Shown here piece by piece: positions 1 through 9,065 of a stretch of DNA of 64,000 nt (positions are counted from its first letter, which is position 1; the number at the start of each line of letters is the position of its first letter). The DNA is from Candidatus Pacebacteria bacterium GW2011_GWA1_46_10 (lineage in GTDB: Bacteria > Patescibacteriota > Microgenomatia > UBA1400 > PJMF01). Position numbers and translations under genes: made by a program. The notes under the pieces were generated by a model, which searched no databases, was not told the origin of the DNA, and saw only the letters and a list, made by a program, of their open reading frames with translations. Where the stretch lies: positions 41,198-105,197 of the forward strand of contig LCLP01000003.1 of the NCBI GenBank assembly GCA_001002135.1, given 5' to 3'.

Positions 1-300
1 CAAAAAACGCTTGATCAGCTGGCTACTCGACCACTCACCGCCAAGAACCTTGATGATACTGCCCGTCAATACATTACCAAGCAGGGTTTTGGTGACCAAT
101 TTATTCATACCACTGGCCATGGGCTTGGGATCGAAATTCACGAACCACCTTCACTGTCATGGCAAAACAATGCTGTTATTCAACCTGGCACTACCATCAC
201 CATTGAACCCGGCATTTACCTGCCAGGTGAGTTTGGTTATCGTCATGAAAACACCATTGTGATCAACCCTAAAAGCATTACAATCTTGACCGAGCTATGA
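1..300 (+). CDS. Xaa-Pro aminopeptidase (M24 family), C-terminal part, truncated by the window edge
   Basis: Frame 1 translated by hand: ...FIHTTGHGLGIEIHEPP...TITIEPGIYLPGEFGYRHENTIVI..., ending TGA at 298-300; M24 metal-binding motifs. Confidence 0.9.
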   Translation, partial: QKTLDQLATRPLTAKNLDDTARQYITKQGFGDQFIHTTGHGLGIEIHEPPSLSWQNNAVIQPGTTITIEPGIYLPGEFGYRHENTIVINPKSITILTEL

Positions 301-806
301 TTATTCGTTTGCTCACCACCGATGATGTCGCCCAATATCGAGCGCTGCGGCTTAAGGCTTTGCAAACCAATCCGGAAAGTTATCTTTCCACCTATGAAAG
401 TGAGAAAAATAAGCCGCTTGATTCATTTGCTTGGGAACTGCGGTATGCCACCAGCCAGCCAGTGAATGGGTATTATGGGGTGTTTATTGATGATCAATTA
501 GTTGGCTATACACAACTAGAACGCTCATACTTGGCCAAACAACAACACATTGCCTACCTGTACAGTCTCTATGTCGACCCAGCTTACCGCGGAAAGGGTC
601 ACGCCTCCAAGCTTTTGACCTATCTTGGCCAATTGGCTAAGGAAAAGGCTGGTATTGAACGTCTTTTCATCACCTGCAACCGCAAAAATCTCCCCGCCCA
701 GGAGCTTTATAAAAAGCTGGGGTTCAAGCAATACTCCATTCGCGAAAAAAGTGTCAAGTGGGGTAATGAATATGATGACGAGATTGAGATGGTGAAAGAG
801 CTTTGA
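297..806 (+). CDS. GNAT family N-acetyltransferase
   Basis: LYVDPAYRGKGHASKLL acetyl-CoA motif A; NLPAQELYKKLGF motif B; ATGA overlap with the upstream gene. Confidence 0.9.
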   Translation: MIIRLLTTDDVAQYRALRLKALQTNPESYLSTYESEKNKPLDSFAWELRYATSQPVNGYYGVFIDDQLVGYTQLERSYLAKQQHIAYLYSLYVDPAYRGKGHASKLLTYLGQLAKEKAGIERLFITCNRKNLPAQELYKKLGFKQYSIREKSVKWGNEYDDEIEMVKEL

Positions 807-857
807 GTTGACGACATTTCCAACCCTTCCTTGGCCATTTACCACAAGTGAAATTTC

Positions 858-1506
858 TTATTTACAGTTGCCACTGGTGTCTCTCATATTAGGAGCGACA
901 CATTTATATGATCCTTCTGAGAATTCTTTTTCTATCCAACATGTGACTTGACCTTCCAAACAACAGTTAAATAAGTCTTCATTTGCCACGTCATCCCCCG
1001 CCCAATTCTTTGTTTGACGACAATAGCCAGTATAAGGAGGGTCCACAAACTCATATACCCAGGACCCGCCGCCAGAGTCAACCGGCCGACAGGTAGTAGG
1101 ATTTGGGCAATAGACTACTTCAGCTCCTCCTTCTCCCCCTTCCCCACCTCCTCTAACTCCTGTGGCGGAGCCGCAACAGATGGCTCCTTTTTTCGCACAC
1201 GAGCCGGAGATATTAGCTTTATTCACCTCAAGACAGCTTTCAATCCCCTGCTCGCAAGTACCTGGGCAGGTTTCGGTAAAACTGTTTTGACGACTACCAC
1301 AACTAGCGTCATATCTCTTTTTACACTCTCCGGCTTTTTTATCCCAAGTCCAGCGGTATTTGCTGGAACAACCAGTACACTCTGCTTCAGTTGAAGGTGG
1401 TTTGGCCAAAGACCGGATATCAAAACTCCCTAACTGAATGTTGGTTCACTACCAAGCTAGAAAAAACTAAAATATTTTTCTTATTTTTAAACCGCTTATA
1501 CTTCAT
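858..1506 (-). pseudogene. Cys-rich, probably secreted protein with a frameshifted or deleted N-terminal signal region
   Basis: ATG at 1506 gives MKYKRFKNKKNILVFSSLVV then a stop; another frame resumes ...IQLGSFDIRSLAKPPS and runs through the Cys-rich ORF 858..1409. Confidence 0.55.
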
Positions 1507-1603
1507 TTTGGTAAACATCAATGGTTTAGTTTGAAATAGCTGTGTAAAAACTGTCAAATAAGAAAATAAACCGCCGGCCGTGCCGTAATTTTTTCGCCAT
1601 TAG

Positions 1604-1676
1604 TGGACCGTAGGAGAGTCGAACTCCTGACCTTTGCAATGCGAATGCAACGCTCTACCAACTGAGCTAACGGCCC
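1604..1676 (-). tRNA. tRNA-Ala (anticodon CGC), CCA not encoded
   Basis: GGGCCGT/ACGGTCC acceptor stem with G3:U70, D-arm GCTCAGTTGGTAGAGC, anticodon arm TTGCA-TTCGCAT-TGCAA, T-loop GTTCGAC. Confidence 0.95.
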
Positions 1677-1713
1677 GCGACAAACGTTATTGTAGCATCT
1701 GGACGATTCCAAC

Positions 1714-1742
1714 TTGACGAGAAGACCCCATAGTTATAGGAT
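1714..1742 (+). promoter_or_regulatory. sigma70-type promoter of the hisS leader
   Basis: TTGACG-17 nt-TAGGAT, 8 nt upstream of the leader ATG at 1751. Confidence 0.65.
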
Positions 1743-1750
1743 ACTCTTAT

Positions 1751-1798
1751 ATGAAAACACCACCGATGAGCGCCAGTGCCCATCATGCCCTGCTGTAA
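1751..1798 (+). CDS. putative hisS leader peptide MKTPPMSASAHHALL
   Basis: Leaderless ATG, tandem CAT-CAT His codons at 1781-1786, followed by alternative hairpins. Confidence 0.7.
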   Translation: MKTPPMSASAHHALL

Positions 1799-1848
1799 GC
1801 GGGGTTGTGGTTGTTGTGCTTTTCAATCCCGCTTCCGGCGGGTTTTTT
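1787..1848 (+). promoter_or_regulatory. transcription attenuator (protector / antiterminator / terminator)
   Basis: GCCCTGC/GCGGGGT protector; GCGGGGTTG (1799-1807) pairs with CAATCCCGC (1824-1832); terminator CCCGC-TTCCG-GCGGG-TTTTTT at 1828-1848. Confidence 0.7.
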
Positions 1849-1896
1849 GTATCAAGAAACAAGTTAATGAATAGTTTATAGTTAAGAGCAAGAATC

Positions 1897-3147
1897 ATGA
1901 CTAAACCCACTCAACCTCTCCAAACTCTTAAAGGTTTTCGCGACCTGCTGCCGACAGAGAAGCGCGCCCGGGATTTTGTGACCAAAAAGATCATTGAGAC
2001 CTTTGAAAACTTTGGTTTTGCTCCCCTGGAAACACCGACTTTGGAGTACGCTTCTCTCCTGCTGGGTAAGTACGGCAAAGAAGCGGATAAATTACTATAC
2101 ACCTTCAAAGACCGGGGTAAGCGTGAAGTAGGTTTACGGTACGACCAGACCGTTCCGACCGCTCGGGTGCTCGCTCAATACCAAGGAAAACTACCCCAAT
2201 ATTTCCGCCGCTACCAGATTCAGAATGTTTTCCGCGCCGACAAACCTCAGCAAGGCCGTTATCGCGAGTTCACCCAGTGCGATGTCGATATTTTCGGCAG
2301 CACTTCCCCACTGGCCGACGCCGAGATCCTGGCCTGTGCTTACCAGGCATTTCAGAGTGTTGGCTTTAAACAAATGATACTCAAGATTAATGATCGCCAA
2401 ACCTTGATTAAAACCTTAGAACCATTCGCCACCGACCAAGTCAACGTCTATTCCATTATTCAAACCATCGATAAATTGGATAAGCAAACACCCGAACAAG
2501 TGACGAAAGAACTGGTGGCTAAAGGGCTTGCTAAACAACCAGCAAATGAGGCTTTATTGAGTATTAAAAAAGCTGAAAAATCAACTAATTTGGCTGAAAT
2601 TGAACAATTAACTATCTCATTGGGCGTACCGGCCGAAGCACTCGTTTACTCCTCGACCCTCGCCCGCGGCTTAGATTACTACACTGGCATGATTGCCGAG
2701 ATCATGGTGCCCGAATACCCTGGCGGATCGTGCGGCGGCGGCGGGCGCTTTGACAACCTCATTGGCGATATCGGCGGCCCTCAAACTCCAGCTGTTGGTA
2801 TCTCGTTTGGTTTTGATCGTATCGTCGAGGCCGCCACCCAACTTGGGTTAATCCCTCCCTCCGGCGGACCGCAAGTGCTGGCCGCGATGGTGAGTAAAGA
2901 TACTCAAGAGGCGACGCTCAAAGCCGCCGCCAAACTGCGAGCACAAGGCATTGCGGTTGAGGTTTACCCTGCTTTTGATAAACTCACCAAACAGCTGAAA
3001 TACGCCAACCAAGCCAAGATTCCCTATGTCTTGTTAGTTGGCGAAGAAGAGGTAAAAGCTGGCCAAGTCAGTCTGAAAAACATGGCTACTGGTCAACAAC
3101 AAACTACTACCCTTAAAAACCTGAAGACCTTTCAGTTTGAAAAGTAA
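1897..3147 (+). CDS. hisS: histidine--tRNA ligase
   Basis: KGFRD, LRYDQTVP, FRADKPQQGRYREFTQCD, LARGLDYYTG, GGGGRFDNL motifs; C-terminal anticodon-binding domain. Confidence 0.97.
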   Translation: MTKPTQPLQTLKGFRDLLPTEKRARDFVTKKIIETFENFGFAPLETPTLEYASLLLGKYGKEADKLLYTFKDRGKREVGLRYDQTVPTARVLAQYQGKLPQYFRRYQIQNVFRADKPQQGRYREFTQCDVDIFGSTSPLADAEILACAYQAFQSVGFKQMILKINDRQTLIKTLEPFATDQVNVYSIIQTIDKLDKQTPEQVTKELVAKGLAKQPANEALLSIKKAEKSTNLAEIEQLTISLGVPAEALVYSSTLARGLDYYTGMIAEIMVPEYPGGSCGGGGRFDNLIGDIGGPQTPAVGISFGFDRIVEAATQLGLIPPSGGPQVLAAMVSKDTQEATLKAAAKLRAQGIAVEVYPAFDKLTKQLKYANQAKIPYVLLVGEEEVKAGQVSLKNMATGQQQTTTLKNLKTFQFEK

Positions 3148-3166
3148 AACCAGCCGCGGGGCATCA

Positions 3167-3676
3167 TTATAAGTAGCGAATCAAGATCCACCAGGGGGTA
3201 TTAATCGGACCCTCGCCCAACTCAAAGTTATTAGTATCAAGACTGAAAGTAATTTTTGCTACCTTTCCTCGGTGCACAACGCCCTGCCTGACCGGTGGTG
3301 GTAAAACATTTTCCAGCGCGCCAGCGTGGGTCTGCTCCATCAGCTGGAGCGAATAAACATGAATTTTATACTCAAGCAAATCGTCGATAAATTGTAAAAT
3401 GATGTTGCCAAAAACTCTCCAGTCAACCGTGACCTGTCCTTCACCATTTTCCATTTTTTCTGCCAATTGAAAAAACGATTTACCCTGACCCAAAACAACA
3501 GTCTCCGGCATCACTTCGTCCTCATAGATTTTCTTCTGATCTTGCTCAAAGTCGCGGACAAACTCATGCTCGCCTAGTATCTGTTGTAGACCAATCACAA
3601 ACATCCCCAGCTCGTTTTCATAGCCAATCTCAAGTACCGCTTTTTTCTCCAGTGAGTCACTTAATATATCACTCAT
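3167..3676 (-). CDS. hypothetical protein
   Basis: 169-aa ORF filling the gap; TATAAT 9 nt upstream; no recognised motif. Confidence 0.65.
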   Translation of the reverse strand: MSDILSDSLEKKAVLEIGYENELGMFVIGLQQILGEHEFVRDFEQDQKKIYEDEVMPETVVLGQGKSFFQLAEKMENGEGQVTVDWRVFGNIILQFIDDLLEYKIHVYSLQLMEQTHAGALENVLPPPVRQGVVHRGKVAKITFSLDTNNFELGEGPINTPWWILIRYL

Positions 3677-3757
3677 AATCGGTCGAATTATATCAGCAAA
3701 CAGTTCATTTTAGCTTCATTGGCCTTTCCCCTACCCCATGCTATAATCGCCTCTCTG

Positions 3758-4096
3758 ATGAAAGCCAATATCCATCCTCAGTGGCATCATGACACAGTCG
3801 TGACCTGTAGCTGCGGCAATACTTTTACCACCGGCTCGACGAAGCAAGCGATTCACGTCGATATCTGTAGTGCCTGCCACCCATTTTTCACTGGTGAAAT
3901 GAAGTTTGTGGACGTCCAGGGCCGGGTCGATAAATTTATGGCCAAGGTCAAACATGCTCAAGTCACACAGACTCAAACCCAGAAAAAAGCTGCCAAGAAA
4001 AAAGCCGCTGAGGCCAAATCTTACCAACAGATTTTACGCGAACAAAAAGCCACCCTCCAAGGGGCTAAGCAGACTACTCCCGCTTCTCAAAATTAG
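3758..4096 (+). CDS. rpmE: 50S ribosomal protein L31 (Zn-binding type) with C-terminal extension
   Basis: [34 protein letters not shown]; TATAAT just upstream. Confidence 0.95.
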   Translation: MKANIHPQWHHDTVVTCSCGNTFTTGSTKQAIHVDICSACHPFFTGEMKFVDVQGRVDKFMAKVKHAQVTQTQTQKKAAKKKAAEAKSYQQILREQKATLQGAKQTTPASQN

Positions 4097-4116
4097 CTTT
4101 ACTCCAGAGGTGATTC

Positions 4117-4138
4117 ACTCCCAACCCGGGAGTTTTTT
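4117..4138 (+). terminator. intrinsic terminator after rpmE
   Basis: ACTCCC-AACCC-GGGAGT followed by a T run. Confidence 0.6.
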
Positions 4139-4172
4139 GCCGTCAGGGCATATATAATGAAGGGACCATCGT

Positions 4173-5114
4173 ATGCATAACCCATACAGTACTCAAATCA
4201 GCGAACTGGAAGAGAAAATTAAAGCCAACGAGCAACTCTTGGATGATCCTGAATTGGCTGAACTGGCCAAACAAGAACTGGAGAGCTTAAAAGCGCAAAA
4301 ACAAGTCTTGGAAGATGCGGCCGCTGAACTGACTCAAGACCACCCAATCGGCAGTGATCCCAGTGATACCACTCAGTCTAACGCGATCCTCGAGATTCGT
4401 GGCGGCGCAGGTGGTGATGAAGCCAAAATCTGGGCCAACGACCTGCTGCGGATGTACGTACGATTTGCTGAACGTATTGGGTTAAAATACGAATACCTTG
4501 ATGATACGGTCATTCAGTTTCGCGGCAAAGCAGAGCTAGACGGCCAAGTGTTGCACCCGTACGAACTGCTCAAATACGAATCAGGCGTGCATCGCGTTCA
4601 GCGAGTGCCGGTCACCGAGGCACAAGGTCGAGTCCATACCTCCACCGCCAGTGTGGCCGTCTTGCCTGAAATCGCCCAGAACACCATCGCCATTAAAGAC
4701 GAAGATCTGGAATGGCAGTTTATGCGCGCGAGCGGTGCCGGCGGGCAGTCGGTCAATAAAACTAGCAGTGCCGTCCGCCTCACTCACACTCCCAGCGGCA
4801 TTGTCGTGACCTCCAGCCGCGAGCGCAAACAGGCTCAAAACCGGCAAATCGCGCTGGCACTACTGCGAGCTCAGCTCTGGGAAATCGAGGAAGAAAAACG
4901 CCTGGAAAAGCTGGGGAAAGCGCGCAGTGTGATCGGCAGAGCGATGCGCGCCGAGAAAATCCGCACCTATAACTACCCCCAAAACCGCGTCACCGATCAT
5001 CGAATTGCGGTTTCGTGGCACGCGCTCGATACTATTATCGACGGTGATTTAGAAAAAGTACTCTTGGAAGTACGTCAAAAACTGGAAAATCCAGAAAAAC
5101 TGACCGAGGACTAA
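4173..5114 (+). CDS. prfA: peptide chain release factor 1
   Basis: ESGVHRVQRVPVTE (PxT anticodon-mimic motif), GAGGQ, EKIRTYNYPQNRVTDHRI. Confidence 0.95.
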   Translation: MHNPYSTQISELEEKIKANEQLLDDPELAELAKQELESLKAQKQVLEDAAAELTQDHPIGSDPSDTTQSNAILEIRGGAGGDEAKIWANDLLRMYVRFAERIGLKYEYLDDTVIQFRGKAELDGQVLHPYELLKYESGVHRVQRVPVTEAQGRVHTSTASVAVLPEIAQNTIAIKDEDLEWQFMRASGAGGQSVNKTSSAVRLTHTPSGIVVTSSRERKQAQNRQIALALLRAQLWEIEEEKRLEKLGKARSVIGRAMRAEKIRTYNYPQNRVTDHRIAVSWHALDTIIDGDLEKVLLEVRQKLENPEKLTED

Positions 5115-5166
5115 TATTTACTCCGAATACCTTTGAAAAGAGAATAGAGCAAATTTGCTATATGAT

Positions 5167-5200
5167 AAAAAAAGGAAGGCTCGCTACGCCTTCCTTTTTC
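5167..5200. terminator. bidirectional intrinsic terminator (prfA and cassette A)
   Basis: AAAAAAAGGAAGGC-TCGCTAC-GCCTTCCTTTTT. Confidence 0.8.
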
Positions 5201-5201
5201 G

Positions 5202-5372
5202 TTATGGTACCGGCATTTGGTTGTCTGCTCCTGCCTGACTTTGCTCAATAACTTGAGGAGCTTCCTGCCTGTCAGGAACGGAGGGTTTAGTCAACACAAA
5301 CGTCAGCACCAACCGGACAACAATCATCACTTCCATGAAGAGGGTCGCCAGTTGAGTTCTGGAGAATTTCAT
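5202..5372 (-). CDS. small single-TM protein, cargo of cassette A
   Basis: AAAGGAG Shine-Dalgarno before ATG 5372; MKFSRTQLATLFMEVMIVVRLVLTFVLTKP... Confidence 0.55.
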   Translation of the reverse strand: MKFSRTQLATLFMEVMIVVRLVLTFVLTKPSVPDRQEAPQVIEQSQAGADNQMPVP

Positions 5373-5399
5373 GACTCTCCTTTCCCCGAGTAATTCAGG

Positions 5400-5640
5400 C
5401 AACAAGCCTGCGTACCACTTACGTTAGAACAAGCTCGTACTCGGTTTCACTTGCTCTCCTCAATTTTTTCTGCTGGAAAACACCAAAGACAACAAATCAC
5501 CCGCTCGTTTGACCGGGGTTGTGCCTTTGAGTTAACAAAAAGGAAATAACATCACTGCCCCGGCGTTAGAAACGACGGTGCCAATACTTGTTCGCCAGAG
5601 TAAAAGCAAACCAGCTGTGATTCATAAGACCATCATTTTA
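5400..5640 (-). promoter_or_regulatory. cassette A leader: TAAAAT, leader peptide, degenerate attenuator and conserved RNA element
   Basis: Shares TTGCTCTCCTCAATT, AAGACAACAAA and AAGCCTGC (+ strand) with the 21911-22060 element. Confidence 0.6.
5566..5625 (-). CDS. putative leader peptide MNHSWFAFTLANKYWHRRF
   Basis: ATG 9 nt after TAAAAT; same position and the same ATGAATCAC start as the cassette C leader. Confidence 0.5.
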   Translation of the reverse strand: MNHSWFAFTLANKYWHRRF

Positions 5641-5692
5641 AAACAAAAGTGAAAAAAAGAAAGCTACAAACCCCCTCTTTAAGCTCGCTCAT

Positions 5693-7018
5693 TTACAATT
5701 CTTCAATCGCCTTTAACAAAACTTCATCCGCTTCCGTTTCCGGATCATCTTGGGCTTCAATATCCACCGGCAAACCAGTGTCATGAATCCACTCACCTTT
5801 GGGCATCAACCAGCGGCCAATCGTCACGTGCAATCCGCCACCGTTAGACAGTTCCCGGCGATCCTGAATCGTGCCTTTGCCAAAGGTTTTTTCACCCACC
5901 AATTTGGCGCCAATGTTGTCTTTGAGGGCTCCCGCCACGATCTCTGAAGCTGAGGCACTGCCGCGGTTAACCAACACTATCACCGGCATATTCACTAATC
6001 GGCCGCCGCCATTCACTTTGAAATCCTGAGTGTCCACCTTTCCTTGTTGAGAGACCACAATCCCATTGCGGAAAAAGTCGCCCGCCAGATCAATCGACAC
6101 ATCAAAAAATCCGCCTGGGTTGTTACGCATATCCAGCGCGATGCCGGTCAACTGATTCTTTTCTGCGGTAACTTGACTGACAATCTGATCCCATTCACTT
6201 TGCGTACGCTCACCAAATTTAGACAATTTAATATGCGCCACTCGTTTACCGGCCGACTCCACAAACTCCAGTTGTGCCGATTTAATAATGATCTCATCCC
6301 GAGCCACATCAACCACAAACGGATCCCGACCACTATCAGGCCGAAAGAGCGTCAAACTGACAATATCATTTTTGCCGCCGCGGATCTTGTTGACCGCCTC
6401 ATCCAAAGACCAGCCAGTGGTATCTTCATCCAAACCTTTTTTTTCATCTTTAACATGCAAAATCAGATCGCCAGCCAAAACGCCAGCTTTCTCAGCCGGA
6501 CTGTCCGGCAGCGGCGCTACCACCGCCAAAGTCCCATCAATGTACCCCAATTCAATCCCCACCCCGTAAAAAGAACCGGCCAGATCTTCGGCGCTGCGTT
6601 GATTTTCCTCTGGTGGTAAATACACTGTGTATGGATCCCCAAGCGAAGCAGTCATACCGGCGATCGCGCCGTCGACCATTTGCTCCGCATCCAGTTTCTC
6701 CGGCTCTAAGTAATCCCGCTCCAAGTACCCCCACACCTCCCAAAAAGTATCAAAGTTAATTTTCTCGTTACTGGGCTGGGCACTGCCAATCAATCGATCT
6801 GAAGGCTTGCTGATGCCCACCGTCATCAACGGCTGAACAAATGGCAAGCGCTCAAGTCCAAAAAACAGTTTGCCAGTGCGAGCATACCGCACCCCAATCA
6901 CTCCACCCAACCAAAAAAGCAAAATAATAGCGATAAACTTGGCCACGTTTTTGACCGTGACCAGGCGAAGACGAGGCGGTTTTTCCACCGGGAGAGTAAA
7001 TTCAGGCTCCTGCATCAT
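5693..7018 (-). CDS. ctpA: S41A carboxyl-terminal processing protease (PDZ domain)
   Basis: LGDPYTVY, GVGIEL PDZ, LDMRNNPGG, SASASEIVAG, TFGKGTIQ. Confidence 0.93.
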   Translation of the reverse strand: MMQEPEFTLPVEKPPRLRLVTVKNVAKFIAIILLFWLGGVIGVRYARTGKLFFGLERLPFVQPLMTVGISKPSDRLIGSAQPSNEKINFDTFWEVWGYLERDYLEPEKLDAEQMVDGAIAGMTASLGDPYTVYLPPEENQRSAEDLAGSFYGVGIELGYIDGTLAVVAPLPDSPAEKAGVLAGDLILHVKDEKKGLDEDTTGWSLDEAVNKIRGGKNDIVSLTLFRPDSGRDPFVVDVARDEIIIKSAQLEFVESAGKRVAHIKLSKFGERTQSEWDQIVSQVTAEKNQLTGIALDMRNNPGGFFDVSIDLAGDFFRNGIVVSQQGKVDTQDFKVNGGGRLVNMPVIVLVNRGSASASEIVAGALKDNIGAKLVGEKTFGKGTIQDRRELSNGGGLHVTIGRWLMPKGEWIHDTGLPVDIEAQDDPETEADEVLLKAIEEL

Positions 7019-7214
7019 GAGTTTCCATTGTAACTGAAGCCAAATGATGAGCAACCAGATAAATCGTTTTTACCCAGGTTAACGTAGTCCATTTACTGAG
7101 ATAGAATCACTTTTTTGACTTTTTCAACATATATAACAGATATATAAAAATTACATAACAGTTATATAGACTGCAAAACGCTCATTTTGACTATCAGTGG
7201 TGCTCAAATAAAAC

Positions 7215-8981
7215 TCATTTGACCGTCACGCTCTTGGCTAAATTTCGGGGTTTATCAGGGTTATTACCCAAATGAACTGCCAAGAAGTATGACAACAACT
7301 GGCACGGCACCACTTTGGTGATCACGTCCAAGTCGCCGCCATCTGGTGTCGGCACGTGAAGGTCAAAAAACTCATTGTTTTCGGCTGCGATGCCAATAGT
7401 CTTGGCTCCACGCGCTCGCACTTCTGCCAGGGCCACCAACAGATCGTTTTTATACTGGTCATCGCCCAAGATCCCAAACACCGGGGTGCCTTTTTTAATG
7501 AGCGTAATCACGCCGTGTTTCAATTCCCCGGCCGAAAAACTCTCACAGTGCATATAGACCGTTTCCTTGAGTTTCAAGGCCGATTCAAAACCGGTATAAA
7601 AGTGTTGACCTTTCCCCAACACAAACAAGTGTTGGTCTTTTTCCAACTCTGGAATGAGTTTTTTAATGGTGGTAAAGGTCTTTGGCTGAAAATACGTCTT
7701 AAGCTGTTTGGCGAGCGCATGAATCCGCTTTTGCGCCAGCTCGAAACGCCCGGCATAGGTCATCGCCAAAAGATACCCCCAAACTATTTGAGCAGTGTAA
7801 GCCTTAGTCGAGACCACACAAATCTCCGGACCAGAGCGGGAGAAGTAAGGGTAGTCAGAGATGCGGCTCAAGGTGGAACCGATCATATTGACAATGCTGG
7901 CAATCTTCACCCGCTCAATCTGGGCTTTGCGCACTGCCTCCAGTGTGTCGGCCGTTTCCCCGCTTTGGCTGACCACAATCAATAAGTCATGTGAATCAAA
8001 AAACGGCAAATAGCTGTCCACCTCATAAGCCCGCAGTTCCTGGGCAGGCAGGAGCGCGATGGTGCGCAGGAAGTAGGCTACCTGACCGGCCGCATAGGAA
8101 GCCGTACCGGAACCAATCGTATAGATGTTCCTGGCATGCTTCAAAGCCGCCACCAGCGGCACCAATTCCTTTTCCGAGTAACTGGCTGCCTCCACCACCG
8201 TGTGTTGCTGTTCGACGATTTCTTTGAGCATGAAGTGGTCATAGCCTTCTTTGTCGACTTTTTGTTCCACCAAATCAAGCTTTTGGCGTTTGGGATGGAG
8301 CGTTCTACCAGTCTTCACGTCGTAAAACGAAACATCACCATCGACCACCACCAGCTGCATATCATCAATATAGGTAACCGTCTCCGCTTTGCCGGCCAAT
8401 GGCAGAGTATCAGAGGCCAACAGCACTCCCTTGGGTAAATGACCCAGCACCAGTGGCGAACCATTACGGACCGCCACAATGCTTTTGGTTTGCTGATCTA
8501 AGACGATGATGGTGTTGCGGCCGGCCAGTTTTAAGAAAGCTTGCCTGACTGCTTCACGAAAACTGCTGGCTTGCTTGAGTCGATGATGAATGAGATGAAC
8601 AATCACCTCGGTATCAGTTGGAGTTTTAAACTGATACCCAACCTTGGTGAGCATCGCCTTTAATTCCAGGTAATTCTCGACGATACCGTTTTGAGCGACG
8701 ACAAACCGACCATCTGACGAGGCATGCGGATGCGCGTTTTCTTGCGTTACACCACCATGAGTGGCCCAGCGCGTGTGAGCAATCCCCATCGTGGCGTCAG
8801 CTGGCGGCCGGCTCAGTTTCCCTTCCCCGATCGCCCCGACTTTTTTCTCGAGGAAAATACCGTTTTTTGTCAGGGCTGCTACACCCCACGAGTCGTAGCC
8901 GCGGTACTCCATCCGCTTCAAGCCTTCAACTAACTGATCAGTGACTTTACCTTGTCCTTTAAAACCGATAATGCCGCACAT
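7215..8981 (-). CDS. glmS: glutamine--fructose-6-phosphate aminotransferase
   Basis: MCGIIG, EYRGYDS, HTRWATHG, SQSGETADT, GELKHG, PRNLAKSVTV. Confidence 0.98.
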   Translation of the reverse strand: MCGIIGFKGQGKVTDQLVEGLKRMEYRGYDSWGVAALTKNGIFLEKKVGAIGEGKLSRPPADATMGIAHTRWATHGGVTQENAHPHASSDGRFVVAQNGIVENYLELKAMLTKVGYQFKTPTDTEVIVHLIHHRLKQASSFREAVRQAFLKLAGRNTIIVLDQQTKSIVAVRNGSPLVLGHLPKGVLLASDTLPLAGKAETVTYIDDMQLVVVDGDVSFYDVKTGRTLHPKRQKLDLVEQKVDKEGYDHFMLKEIVEQQHTVVEAASYSEKELVPLVAALKHARNIYTIGSGTASYAAGQVAYFLRTIALLPAQELRAYEVDSYLPFFDSHDLLIVVSQSGETADTLEAVRKAQIERVKIASIVNMIGSTLSRISDYPYFSRSGPEICVVSTKAYTAQIVWGYLLAMTYAGRFELAQKRIHALAKQLKTYFQPKTFTTIKKLIPELEKDQHLFVLGKGQHFYTGFESALKLKETVYMHCESFSAGELKHGVITLIKKGTPVFGILGDDQYKNDLLVALAEVRARGAKTIGIAAENNEFFDLHVPTPDGGDLDVITKVVPCQLLSYFLAVHLGNNPDKPRNLAKSVTVK

Positions 8982-9065
8982 ACGTATCCTTTCGACACAG
9001 ATAGACTCTTAAAAGAGTTATTGTTACTGATAAAAATGGAAGTTTAAGACCGTGAGTGAGGGTCT

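Noticed and set aside
858-1676. Integrated element at tRNA-Ala
   Set aside because: No integrase and no duplicated tRNA 3' end (att site) was seen.
5400-5470. T-box riboswitch (GAGAG and GTGGTAC-like words in the cassette leaders)
   Set aside because: No UGGNACC antiterminator bulge in copies B and C, and the terminator lies upstream of the conserved stems, the wrong order for a T-box.
6044-8438. Long antisense ORFs opposite ctpA and glmS (and similar ones opposite topA, thyA and guaB)
   Set aside because: Shadow frames of well-supported genes.
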